Shown here: piece after piece, positions 40,639 through 50,458 of the stretch
How the letters are laid out: each line of letters begins with the position of its first letter
Position numbering within the stretch: the first letter of the stretch is position 1
Assembly: GCA_963718525.1 (NCBI GenBank)
Contig: OY970355.1
Coordinates: 769,730-833,729, forward strand
Reading direction: 5' to 3'
Length of the DNA: 64,000 nucleotides
Origin: Candidatus Dormiibacterota bacterium
GTDB taxonomy: Bacteria; Chloroflexota; Dormibacteria; Aeolococcales; Aeolococcaceae
Made by a program: the position numbers and the translations under genes
Notes under the pieces: generated by a model
Database searches by the model: none
Told to the model about the DNA's origin: nothing
The model's input: only the letters and a program-made list of their open reading frames with translations

Positions 40639-42168
40639 TCAGTGGCGGAAGTGACGCTCCCCCGTGAGCACCACCGCCAAGCCCAGCGCGTCGGCCGCCT
40701 CGGTGACCTTCGAGTCGTTCTTGCTCCCGCCCGGATGGATCACGGCGCGCACCCCGGCGTTGCCCAGGGTCTCCAGCCCGTCCGGCATCGGGAAGAACGC
40801 GTCCGAGGCGGACACCGCACCGGCTGAGCGGTCGCCCGCACGCGCCACCGCCAGCTCTGACAACTCCACGCGCGACATCTGCCCCGCGCCTACGCCGACC
40901 GCCATGCCGTCGCGGACGATGACCACAGCGTTGGACTTGACGTGCCGGCAGACGCGCCAGGCGACGAGGAGATTGCGCCACTCGGCGTCGTCGGGCTGGC
41001 GCCGGCTGGCGACGGTCATGGTCGAGCGGTCGGTGATCACGCGGTCGCGAGTTTGGACGAGCAGGCCCCCGTCGATGCTCCTGACGTCGATCGGCTCTGC
41101 GCCCGATGGCCGGTCGACGATCAGGACGCGGATCCGCGGTTTGGTGGCCAGGTGCGCCGCTGCATCATGGTCGACGGCTGGACAGACGACGGCTTCGAGG
41201 AATGTCTCGGTGAGCGCGGTCGCGGTGGCAAGGTCGATCGGGCGATTGACCCCGACGATGCCGCCGTAGGCGGATCGCGGATCGCATTTGTAGGCCCGGC
41301 GATAGGCGTCGACCGCGCCGTCGCCCGTGGCGAAGCCGCACGGGTTGGTGTGCTTGATCACGCACGCGGCGGGCTCGTCGAACTCGGCCACCAGGGCCAG
41401 CGCGGAGTCGACATCGAGCCAGTTGGTGAAGGACAGGGGCGCGCCCTGCAGCTGACGCGCGTGCGCCATGCCGCCGGGTCGGCCCGCGACGGCGTAGAGC
41501 GCGCCACGCTGGTGCGGGTTCTCGCCATAGCGGAGCTCGTGCAATCGCGGGCCGCCGACGGTGAGCTCCGCGGGCAGCGCCTCGCCCGCAATGGCACTGC
41601 GCAGCCAGGCGGCAACCTGGGTGTCGTATGCGGCGACGTGCGCGAATGCCTCAGCAGCCAGGCGGTGGCGGGTCGCCTCGGCGACCGAGCCGTGCTCGCG
41701 CAGCTCGCCGAGGACTGCGCCGTACTGCGCCGGCGACACCACGACGGTGACCGAGTCACGATTCTTGGCGGCGGCGCGAATCATCGTCGGGCCGCCGATG
41801 TCGATGTTCTCGACAATCGTGCCGTCATCCGCACCGCGGGCGAGCGTCTCGGCGAACGGGTAGAGGGAGACGACCACGAGGTCAATCGGCTCGTAGCGGC
41901 TTTCCGCGAGCTGGCGCATGTGGTCGGGATCGTCGCGACGGGCGAGGATGCCCGCATGGATCGCCGGGTGGAGCGTTCGCACCCGCCCGTCGAGCATCTC
42001 CGGGAACCCGGTGACGTCGGCGACCGCCTGGACCTCGAGCCCCGCGTCGGCGAGGGCCCGGCTGGTGCTGCTGGTCGCGACCAGGTCGTAGCCGTGGTCG
42101 ATCAGCCCACGAGCGAAGTCGACGAGGCCGGTCTTGTCGCTGACCGACAGCAGAGCGCGCTTGCTCAC
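40639..42168 (-). CDS. purH: Bifunctional AICAR transformylase / IMP cyclohydrolase
   Basis: 509 aa from GTG 42168 (VSKRALLSVSDKTGLVDFARGL...). The start overlaps the purN stop (GTGA 42165-42168). Confidence 0.95.
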   Translation of the reverse strand: MSKRALLSVSDKTGLVDFARGLIDHGYDLVATSSTSRALADAGLEVQAVADVTGFPEMLDGRVRTLHPAIHAGILARRDDPDHMRQLAESRYEPIDLVVVSLYPFAETLARGADDGTIVENIDIGGPTMIRAAAKNRDSVTVVVSPAQYGAVLGELREHGSVAEATRHRLAAEAFAHVAAYDTQVAAWLRSAIAGEALPAELTVGGPRLHELRYGENPHQRGALYAVAGRPGGMAHARQLQGAPLSFTNWLDVDSALALVAEFDEPAACVIKHTNPCGFATGDGAVDAYRRAYKCDPRSAYGGIVGVNRPIDLATATALTETFLEAVVCPAVDHDAAAHLATKPRIRVLIVDRPSGAEPIDVRSIDGGLLVQTRDRVITDRSTMTVASRRQPDDAEWRNLLVAWRVCRHVKSNAVVIVRDGMAVGVGAGQMSRVELSELAVARAGDRSAGAVSASDAFFPMPDGLETLGNAGVRAVIHPGGSKNDSKVTEAADALGLAVVLTGERHFRH

Positions 42169-42809
42169 ACCTGCGCCGCCGCCGGCGCCGGTAGCACCCG
42201 AACACGGTTGCCGTCCCGCCGCAGCCGATCCGTGCTCCAGAGCGCCACGGCGCGGGGTAGCAGCTCCCACTCACGTTCGTGGATCCGGCGACGCAACGCC
42301 TGGACGTCGTCGTCCATCTCCACAGGTACGGCGGCCTGGAGCACGATCGGTCCCCCGTCGGCCTCGCCACGTTCGAGCAACTGCACGGTGCACCCGGTCA
42401 CGCGCACGCCGCGCTCGAGGGCCCGCTCGACGGCGTCCATGCCGCCCGCGAAGGCGGGAAGCAGCGAGGGATGCACGTTGAGGATTGCGTCGGGATAGGT
42501 ATCGATGAAGTCGTCACTCAGGATCCGGTCGTATCCGGCGCACACCACCAGGCGCACTCCGGCTGCCTGGAAGCGCTCGCGAATCTCGCGGTCCCTCGCG
42601 GCGGCGTCTCCACCGAACTCCGACTGGGGCAATGCGACTGCCGGAACGCCCCACCCGCGCGCGACGTCCAGGGCATGCGCGCTCCGACGGTTCGAGATCA
42701 CCAGCGCCACTCGAGCGGGGAACTCGGGATCCCTGCAGGCCTGGAGCAGCGCGTCGAGGTTGGTCCCGGCTCCCGATACCAGCACCCCGACGGGGGTACG
42801 TTCGCTCAC
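42165..42809 (-). CDS. purN: Phosphoribosylglycinamide formyltransferase
   Basis: 214 aa from GTG 42809. VLVSGAGTNLDAL and NVHPSLLPAFAG are present. The start overlaps the purM stop (GTGA 42806-42809). The ORF-track start 43214 lies inside purM. Confidence 0.9.
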   Translation of the reverse strand: MSERTPVGVLVSGAGTNLDALLQACRDPEFPARVALVISNRRSAHALDVARGWGVPAVALPQSEFGGDAAARDREIRERFQAAGVRLVVCAGYDRILSDDFIDTYPDAILNVHPSLLPAFAGGMDAVERALERGVRVTGCTVQLLERGEADGGPIVLQAAVPVEMDDDVQALRRRIHEREWELLPRAVALWSTDRLRRDGNRVRVLPAPAAAQV

Positions 42810-43828
42810 CGGAGAATGACCCGCCGCGTGCCCGACTGCGGAACAACCTCTCCGATGCGCCACACCGGGATCCCGGCAGCCGACGCTATCGACGGGAAGT
42901 CCGGGGGAACGATCACCACCATCCCCACGCCCATGTTGAAGGTGCGCCACATCTCCTCGAAATGGACGCTGCCGGCATTCTGAATGGCAGTGAAGATCGG
43001 CGGAATGTTCCACGTGGAACGCTCGATGGTCGCGGCGAGGCCGGTGGGGAGTACGCGCGGGACGTTGTCGATCACCCCGCCGCCGGTGATGTGCGCCATG
43101 GCACGCACGTCGGTCAGCGCGCGCAGCTCGCGAATCGCCTGCAGGTAGCAGCGGTGTGGCTCGAGCAGCAGATCGACCAGCGGCCCGTCCGTGCCCGGAA
43201 GGACATCGGTCCACTGCAGCTCGTGCTCGGCGACGATGTGGCGGACCAGAGAGTAGCCGTTGGTGTGCAGCCCGCTGCTCGGCAGCGCGAGGAGTACGTC
43301 GCCCGCTTGGACCCGGCTCCCGTCGATGATCGCCGACGCCTCGACGGAGCCGACGATGAAACCGGCGATGTCGTAGTCGCCCAGCGCGTAGACCCCCGGC
43401 ATCTCGGCGGTCTCACCGCCGATGAGCGCGCAGCCGGCAGCCCGGCAGGCCTCGGCGATGCCCTCGATGAGCTCAGCGAGGTGCTCCGGGACCAGCTTGC
43501 CCGTGGCGTAGTAGTCGAGGAAGAAGAGCGGCTCCGCGCCGCAGCACAGGATGTCGTTGACGCAGTGGTTGACCAGGTCGACACCGATGCCGCGGTGCCG
43601 CCCCGTGGCGATCGCGACCTTGACCTTGGTGCCCGCCGAGTCGGTGCTGGAGGCCAGGACGCGTCCGTGTGGTGTCCCCGGCTCCAGGGCGAACAGCCCG
43701 CTGAACGCCCCAATACCACCGAGCACCTGGGGGGTGTGCGTCGATGCGATGGTGCGCCGGATCAGGCTGACGGCGCGGTTGCCCTCATCGATGTCGACGC
43801 CGGCGTCCGCGTAGCGAAGATCACCCAT
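42806..43828 (-). CDS. purM: Phosphoribosylformylglycinamidine cyclo-ligase (AIR synthetase)
   Basis: 340 aa. YADAGVDIDEGN, DGVGTK-like STDSAGTKV, and GGETAEMPGVY. Confidence 0.95.
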   Translation of the reverse strand: MGDLRYADAGVDIDEGNRAVSLIRRTIASTHTPQVLGGIGAFSGLFALEPGTPHGRVLASSTDSAGTKVKVAIATGRHRGIGVDLVNHCVNDILCCGAEPLFFLDYYATGKLVPEHLAELIEGIAEACRAAGCALIGGETAEMPGVYALGDYDIAGFIVGSVEASAIIDGSRVQAGDVLLALPSSGLHTNGYSLVRHIVAEHELQWTDVLPGTDGPLVDLLLEPHRCYLQAIRELRALTDVRAMAHITGGGVIDNVPRVLPTGLAATIERSTWNIPPIFTAIQNAGSVHFEEMWRTFNMGVGMVVIVPPDFPSIASAAGIPVWRIGEVVPQSGTRRVILR

Positions 43829-43908
43829 CTGACACAGAGTGTATCGGCGGTCTCACATGGGACGCGGAATGGCGACGAACCCACGCGCTTCAGCGCTGCG
43901 GTGTCACC

Positions 43909-45729
43909 ATGTATGCACACGGTCCAAGTCCAGGAATCAAAACCCACCTCGTGAATCCCACCGATACCTCGGACCCGACGTACTTCCATCGGGTCGTGGA
44001 TTGCCAGTGGGCCTGCCCGGCCCACACCAACGTCCCCGAGTACATCCGGCTGATCGCTCAGGGGCGGTACACGGACGCGTACATCTCGAACCGCGAGTCC
44101 AATGTGTTTCCCGGGATTCTCGGGCGCACCTGCGATCGCCCCTGCGAGCCTGCGTGCCGGCGAAGCAGGATCGACGGCTCGCCGGTGGCGATCTGCCGCC
44201 TCAAGCGCGTCGCCTCCGACCTTCGCGGCGACATCACCGACCGCCTTCCCCTGATCCCCTCGATCAAATCAGGACGCCGTGTCGTCTGCATCGGCGCCGG
44301 GCCGGCATCCCTCACCGTGGCCAACGACCTCATGCCGCTCGGCTACGAGGTGGTCATCCTCGAGCAGCACGACCAGGCCGGTGGCCTCATGCGCACCAAC
44401 ATCCCGGCCTTCCGGCTGCCCGCCGAGGTGATCGACGAGGAGATCGCGACCATCGTGGACATGGGCGTCGACCTCCGGCTGAATACCCCTGTGTCGAGTC
44501 TCCGCAGCCTGCTCGAGCAGGACTTCGATGCCGTGTTCGTCGGCACCGGCGCGCCCCGTGGCAAGGATCTCGACATCCCGGGGCGACGCGAGAGCGATCG
44601 GATCCACATCGGGATCGACTGGCTGGAGTTGGTCGCGTTCGGTCACACCGACAAGATCGGTGAGCGCGTGCTGATCATCGGCGTCGGCAACACGGCGATG
44701 GACTGCTGCCGCTCGTCGCTCCGCCTCGGCGGCACCGACATCAAGGTGATGGCGCGCCGCCCACGCTCGTTCTTCAAGGCTTCGTCGTGGGAGCTCGAGG
44801 ACGCCGAGGAGGAGGGCGTCGAGATCATCGTGAACCACGCGCCGACGCGATTCGTCATCGAGGACGGGCGGCTCGTCGGCATGGAGTTCGAGCGTCTCGA
44901 ATGGGATGAGCAGGCACGTCACTCCAAGGTCGTCGACACGCTCGTGATCCCGTGCGATGACGTCATCCTCGCCATCGGACAGGAGAACGCGTTTCCGTGG
45001 ATCGAGCGCGACCTCGGCGTCGAGCTCGGCGACTGGGACATGCCGGTGGTGGACCCGGTCACCTTCCAGTCGTCGCTGCCGGGCGTGTTCTTCGGCGGCA
45101 ACTCCGCGATGGGGCCGAAGAACATCATCTGGGCGGTGGAGCATGGTCATCAGGCGGCGATCTCCATCCACAACCACTGCGAGCACATCGCGGTGACGGC
45201 GCGACCGCCGCAGGGCATCAACCTCGTCAGCCAGAAGATGGGCCTCACCGAGTGGAGCTATCACAACGACTACAACCCGTCCTCACGCCAGCGCATGCAG
45301 CACGTTGAGCTCACGCGCCGGTTCCAGAGCATCGGCACGGAAGTGGAGCTCGGCTTCTCCGCCGAGCAGACCGCGCGCGAGGTGCAGCGCTGCCTCAACT
45401 GCGACATCCAGACGGTGTTCCAGGCACCGCTCTGCATCGAGTGCGACGCGTGCATCGACATCTGCCCCGTGCAGTGCCTGACGATCACGGAGAACGGCGA
45501 TGAGGCCGACCTCCGCAGGCGGCTCTCTGCCCCCGCCCGGAACCTCGACCAGGCGCTGTATGTCTCAGCGGCGCTGCCGCAGACCGGGCGAGTCATGGTC
45601 AAGGACGAGGATCTGTGTGTCCACTGCGGCCTCTGTGCCGAGCGCTGCCCGACCGCCGCGTGGGACATGCAGAAGTTCGAGCTCTTGATACCGCTTGCGA
45701 TTTCCACGCCGATCCCGGTGACGACCTGA
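43909..45729 (+). CDS. GltD-like NAD(P)H-dependent FAD oxidoreductase with C-terminal 2x[4Fe-4S] ferredoxin domain
   Basis: 606 aa. N-terminal Fe-S Cys motifs (CQWACPAHTN, CDRPCEPAC), dinucleotide fold VVCIGAGPASL and VLIIGVGNTAMD, and C-terminal CLNC...CIECDACIDICP and CVHCGLCAERCP. Confidence 0.8.
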   Translation: MYAHGPSPGIKTHLVNPTDTSDPTYFHRVVDCQWACPAHTNVPEYIRLIAQGRYTDAYISNRESNVFPGILGRTCDRPCEPACRRSRIDGSPVAICRLKRVASDLRGDITDRLPLIPSIKSGRRVVCIGAGPASLTVANDLMPLGYEVVILEQHDQAGGLMRTNIPAFRLPAEVIDEEIATIVDMGVDLRLNTPVSSLRSLLEQDFDAVFVGTGAPRGKDLDIPGRRESDRIHIGIDWLELVAFGHTDKIGERVLIIGVGNTAMDCCRSSLRLGGTDIKVMARRPRSFFKASSWELEDAEEEGVEIIVNHAPTRFVIEDGRLVGMEFERLEWDEQARHSKVVDTLVIPCDDVILAIGQENAFPWIERDLGVELGDWDMPVVDPVTFQSSLPGVFFGGNSAMGPKNIIWAVEHGHQAAISIHNHCEHIAVTARPPQGINLVSQKMGLTEWSYHNDYNPSSRQRMQHVELTRRFQSIGTEVELGFSAEQTAREVQRCLNCDIQTVFQAPLCIECDACIDICPVQCLTITENGDEADLRRRLSAPARNLDQALYVSAALPQTGRVMVKDEDLCVHCGLCAERCPTAAWDMQKFELLIPLAISTPIPVTT

Positions 45730-45731
45730 AC

Positions 45732-47550
45732 ATGGCAGAGGAGCGTTTTCAGCAGACCCGGTCCAAGGTGAACGACTTCGCCCTGAAGCTCGCCAACGTC
45801 AACGGCACCGGGTCGTCAAGCGCCAACAACCTCCTGATGCGTTCCATCTTCCGCATGGGCGTGCCCGTGTCGGGGAAGAACCTGTTCCCGTCGAACATCC
45901 AGGGGCTGCCGACGTGGTACGAGATCCGTGTCAACAAGGATGGTCACGTCGCTCGAGCCCGTGAGTACGATCTGATGGTGGCCATGAACGGGCAGACATA
46001 CGCTCGCGACATCGCCGAGGTTGCGAGCGGCGGCTTCACCATGTACAACTCATCGTGGCCGCTCGACCGCGATCTGATCCGCGAGGACGTCACCTATCTC
46101 GGCGTGCCGCTCGCGGAGATGTGCAACGACGAGTTCCGCGGACCGCGCGAGCGGATCCTGATGAAGAACATCGCCTGCGCCGGCGTGCTGGTGGCGATGC
46201 TCGGCATCGACATGGACGTGATCGCGCAGTTGCTCACCGAGCAGTTCGCCGGTAAGGACCGCCTGCGCGAGTTCGAACCAGCGTGCGCTCCGGCTCGGCC
46301 ACGATTTCGCGACCTCGCATTTCGAGCACCCGCTGCCCTGCCGCGTCGAGACCATGAACGCAACCCGAGGATCGATCCTCATCGACGGCAACACGGCCGC
46401 GGCGCTCGGCTGCGTGTATGCCGGCGCGACGGTTGCGGCCTGGTACCCAATAACGCCGTCAACGTCGCTCATGGACGCCTTTGCCAAGTACTGCGCCAAG
46501 TTCCGGCACGATCCCGAGACCGGCCGCAACAACTACCTGGTGTTGCAGGCCGAGGACGAGCTTGCCGCCATCGGCATGGTCCTCGGCGCGTCGTGGGCGG
46601 GAGCACGCGCGTTCACGTCGACGTCGGGGCCGGGCATCTCGCTGATGCAGGAGCTGCTCGGCATGGGGTACTACGCGGAGATTCCCGCCGTCGTGTTCGA
46701 CGTGCAACGGGTGGGACCGTCCACGGGGATGCCGACCCGCGTGCAGCAGGCCGATATCCTGGCGTGCGCGTACGCGTCGCACGGCGACACCAAGCACATC
46801 CTGCTGTTCCCCGCGCATCCGGCGGAGTGCTTCGAGATGGCAGCGACCGCGTTCGACCTCGCCGAGCGCTTTCAGACCCCCGTGTTCGTGCTCTCCGACC
46901 TCGACATCGGCATGAACGACTGGGTGAGCCCGGCGCTCACCTGGGACGATTCCTACGTGCCCGACCGGGGACGCGTGCTCGGCGCGGCGGACCTGCGTGA
47001 GCTCGAGGTGTTCCACCGTTACGAACCTGCGGATGCGGAGTCGGTCGCGGCGCGCACGCTCCCGGGTGTGAGCGAGCTCGGGGCCTATTTCACGCGCGGG
47101 TCCGGCCACACGATCGAGGGCGGGTACACCGAATACCCCGAGGAATACCAGGCGGTCCTTGATCGCCTCGCGCGCAAGCACACGGCGGCCGCCGAGCACA
47201 CGCCGGCACCCCTCGTGGAGCAGCACGCGCACTCGCAGCTCGCGATCGTGACGGTGGGAAGCTGCGAGCTCGCAGTCCTGGAGGCAATTGAGCTGCTCGC
47301 GAAACGCGACGTCATCGCGGACTACATGCGCATCCGGGGCTTCCCCTTCGGCGCCGGGGTGCGCGCGTTCCTCGAAGAGCATTCGACCATCGTGGTCGTC
47401 GAGCAGAACCGCGACGGGCAGTTGCGCACCCTGCTCACGCTCGAGACGCCCGTGTCGAAGGAGAAGCTGCGGTCCGTGCTCGCCTACGGCGGGTACCCGT
47501 TGAGCGCCGAGGACGTCGTCGACGGCGTCACCAAGATCCTGGAGGCCTGA
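45732..47550 (+). pseudogene. korA: 2-oxoacid:ferredoxin oxidoreductase alpha subunit with a +1 frameshift (assembly error or pseudogene)
   Basis: From ATG 45732 (MAEERFQQTRSKVNDFALKLANVNGTGSSSANN...) the sequence is good up to ...EQFAGKDRLRE. The continuation SNQRALRLGHDFATSHFEHPLPCRVETMNATRGSILIDGNTAAALG... lies in the +1 frame (ORF 46354..47550 and its upstream open stretch). The junction is at GAGTTCGAAC, 46269-46278. Confidence 0.85.
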
Positions 47551-47552
47551 CG

Positions 47553-48602
47553 ATGCCATCCATCGTCAAACCGATCGTCACGCACCCCGGCCTCGAGCGC
47601 AACGCGCTGGGGTTGAGCATTCGCGACTACGAAGGGGGGATGTCAACGCTGTGTGCAGGATGTGGCCACGACTCGGTGACCGCGGCGATCACGCATGCGT
47701 TGTGGGAAAGCAATACGCCGCCGCACATGATCGCCAAGCTGAGCGGCATCGGCTGCTCCGCGAAGACGGCCGCGTACTTCGCGCGCGGCGCGCACGGCTT
47801 CAACGGCTGTCACGGACGCATGCCACCGATCGCGACCGGGGCCAGCGCCGCGAACCGCGACCTGCTCTGCATCGGCATCTCCGGAGACGGTGACTCGCTC
47901 TCGATCGGTCTGGGCCACCTCGCGCACCTGGTGCGGCGCAACGTGCGCATGGTCTACGTCATCGAGAACAACGGCGTGTATGGTCTGACCAAGGGCCAGT
48001 TCTCCGCGTCGGCCGATGTCGGCTCGACGACGAAGCGCGGCGAGGCCAACCACCTGCAGCCGATCGACCCGATCTTCCTCGGGCTTTCGGTGGGGGCCAC
48101 GTTTCTTGCGCGTGGCTTCTCCGGCGACAAGCGCCAGCTGGTACCGATCTTCCGTGCTGCGATGGCCCATCGCGGGCTCGCGATCATCGACGTGATCTCG
48201 CCGTGCGTCACGTTCAACGACCACGAGGGCTCGACGAAGAGCTATCTCTTCACACGCCAGCACGACGTGCAGATGACCGTGACCGATTTCGTGCCGCCCG
48301 CCGAGGAGATCTCGGCGACCATCCCCGACCAGGGTGTCGTGAGCATCCCGATGCACGACGGGGCCACGCTGCGGTTCCGCACAGTGCCGGACGGCTACGA
48401 CCCGACCGATCGCATGGCCGTGATGGAACACCTGATGGCTGCGCGCGGTCGCGGCGAGATCGTGACCGGCCTGCTCTACATCGACGAGCGGTCGTCCGAC
48501 CTGCACGAGCTGGGCAACACCACCGACCTGCCGCTCACGCGGGTTCCCTACCAGAAGCTCTGCCCGGGCTCGGCTGCGCTGGCGGGGGTCGGTTTCCGCT
48601 AG
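47553..48602 (+). CDS. korB: 2-oxoacid:ferredoxin oxidoreductase beta subunit (TPP-binding)
   Basis: 349 aa. CAGCGHDS, the GDGDSLSIG TPP motif, and NNGVYGLTKGQ. Confidence 0.9.
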   Translation: MPSIVKPIVTHPGLERNALGLSIRDYEGGMSTLCAGCGHDSVTAAITHALWESNTPPHMIAKLSGIGCSAKTAAYFARGAHGFNGCHGRMPPIATGASAANRDLLCIGISGDGDSLSIGLGHLAHLVRRNVRMVYVIENNGVYGLTKGQFSASADVGSTTKRGEANHLQPIDPIFLGLSVGATFLARGFSGDKRQLVPIFRAAMAHRGLAIIDVISPCVTFNDHEGSTKSYLFTRQHDVQMTVTDFVPPAEEISATIPDQGVVSIPMHDGATLRFRTVPDGYDPTDRMAVMEHLMAARGRGEIVTGLLYIDERSSDLHELGNTTDLPLTRVPYQKLCPGSAALAGVGFR

Positions 48603-48647
48603 GTCGTCGAGGGTCGCTGCGCAGACGTGCGGCTCATGCGGGACCGA

Positions 48648-48914
48648 TCAGAGACGACACCGTCCTGCATCGGATCGAGTTCCACGTAGTCCGACCTCTC
48701 CTGTCCTGACCGGCTCGACCGCTGCCAGCGGAGAAGGCAGGTGCTGCAGTGCGTATTCCAGACGCGCGAAACTGTCCGCGCGGCGCGCCGCCTCGTCCAC
48801 GGTCCGCAACAGTTCCACCCGCGTCGGATAGTGGTACAGGTCGAGATCCTCGTGCAGATCAGCGAGCCATTGCCGGGCGCGCGTCTGGTCTGCCGTCGAC
48901 AGCAGTACTTTCAT
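48648..48914 (-). CDS. Hypothetical protein (88 aa)
   Basis: ATG preceded by a purine-rich AGGGGGAACGGGGA. No family recognised. Confidence 0.3.
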   Translation of the reverse strand: MKVLLSTADQTRARQWLADLHEDLDLYHYPTRVELLRTVDEAARRADSFARLEYALQHLPSPLAAVEPVRTGEVGLRGTRSDAGRCRL

Positions 48915-48985
48915 TCCCCGTTCCCCCTAAGAAACCCTGCCTCTAAGAGTAGCGTTTGGGGCGATCGAAGTCTATGGGCTGCTTG

Positions 48986-50357
48986 TCACTGGGTGATGAT
49001 CACGGGCGTGCCCATCGGCGTCCATGAGTAGGCCCATTGCATGACCGGCGTCGGGATATGCACGCAGCCGTGGCTGGCGATGGAGGTGTTCTCGCTCCCC
49101 GGGCCGAACATCGACGGGGGCTCCCAGGACGCATCGTGCAGGAAGTAGCCGCCGACGTCGAACTCCATCACCCAGGTGACCGTGCCCGTCGGATACCAGA
49201 ACGGCGACCCCTTCGGCCACGGCGACACCATCGTGAAGGGCGACGCCTTGTAGAAGACGTGGAAGTCGCCGGTGGGAGTGCGGAGGTAGGGACGTCCGGT
49301 GGTGATGGGAGTGGCACGGACCACGCAGCCGTTGTCGTAGAAGATCGCTTCCTGGAGCGTGAGGTTGAGAGTGATCACCTTTCCCGAAGGTGCCACGTGC
49401 CCGCATTGGTCGGCGCCGAGCGCGGCCGCCACCGATGTCTGCAACGCCACGATCTGCACGGCGACGGCGTTGAGCTGGGACGTTTCCCGCGCGGCGCGGA
49501 AGTTCGACGAGAGCGTGTTGTAGCGCGCCAGGAAGCCCGCCGCCCCCGGAGTCGAACTCGGCCGCCGCCTGGTCCACGCTGTACAGGAGCGGAGGCAGGC
49601 CCGCCGCGACGTTGTGGTTGAGGCCGAGCAGGGCGTGAAGCGCCTGGACCGCCCCGACCAGCGTTCGAATCGTCGTGGTCGCGTCGACGTGGGTGGTCAC
49701 CTCGGTGAGCAGCGTCGTCGTCAACGCCGGAACCTGGCCCGGGTCGAGCTTGTCGTGGCGCGCCTTCACCACCGCTGAGTTCGCCTGGGCGATCAGGCCG
49801 TTCAGGCCGCCGTACACCGCGACCTCGGCGTTGAGCTGGTTCATCAGAGCGCCGGTGTGCACCGCGGTGATGTCCCCGGTCCACGTGCTGATCAGCTGCT
49901 CGACAGCGATCGGCGTCGCGGCGGCCGCCAGCTCCTGGTTCCACTGGCGCTCGGCGGCGACCCAGCTCGCGGGGATATACGTCGAGAACTGAGCGGACAG
50001 CTGTTCCCAGCTGGTGAACACCAATGCCGCCTGACTCCGCGCGGCGGTGAGAGCGGCGGTCCAGGCGCTCGTGGTCCGCGTGTCGAGGCTGTCGAGCAGA
50101 CTCTGCCCGGTGCCGAACCACCACTCCGGCGACCAGCCAGGGCTCTTCGAGAACGGCGATGCGGCGAGCTGACTCCGCAGCGGTTCCAGACTGGCAGCCG
50201 GCTCGCCGGCCGCGACCTCGGTGCCCCATCGCTGCTCGAGGGCGGCGGCATGGTGCGCGAACGACGCCTGACGATCGCCGGCCATCACGGTCACCGCCGT
50301 ACCCGTGCCAACCAGTGCGACGCCGAGCCCCGCAGCGACGATCGGCCATACGCGCAT
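48986..50357 (-). pseudogene. Membrane-anchored L,D-transpeptidase (YkuD domain) with a +1 frameshift between the N-terminal region and the catalytic domain
   Basis: ORF 48972..50357 gives a signal anchor (MRVWPIVAAGLGVALVG) plus a helical region of about 270 aa up to ...YSVDQAAAEFDSG. The sequence AGFLARYNTLSSNFRAARETSQLNAVAVQIVAL... and the YkuD domain (SHGCVHIP) continue in the frame of ORF 48986..49459. The frames meet at a G5 run (C5 on the plus strand, 49543-49547). Confidence 0.75.
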
Positions 50358-50458
50358 CGCTGCAAATCCTACGCGACGTGCGGCCTGGTCAAGCTAATGA
50401 GCCCCGTGAGCGAGGCGGCTGCCGGCGCACCGGCAGGAAATCATCGGCGATCGACCGA

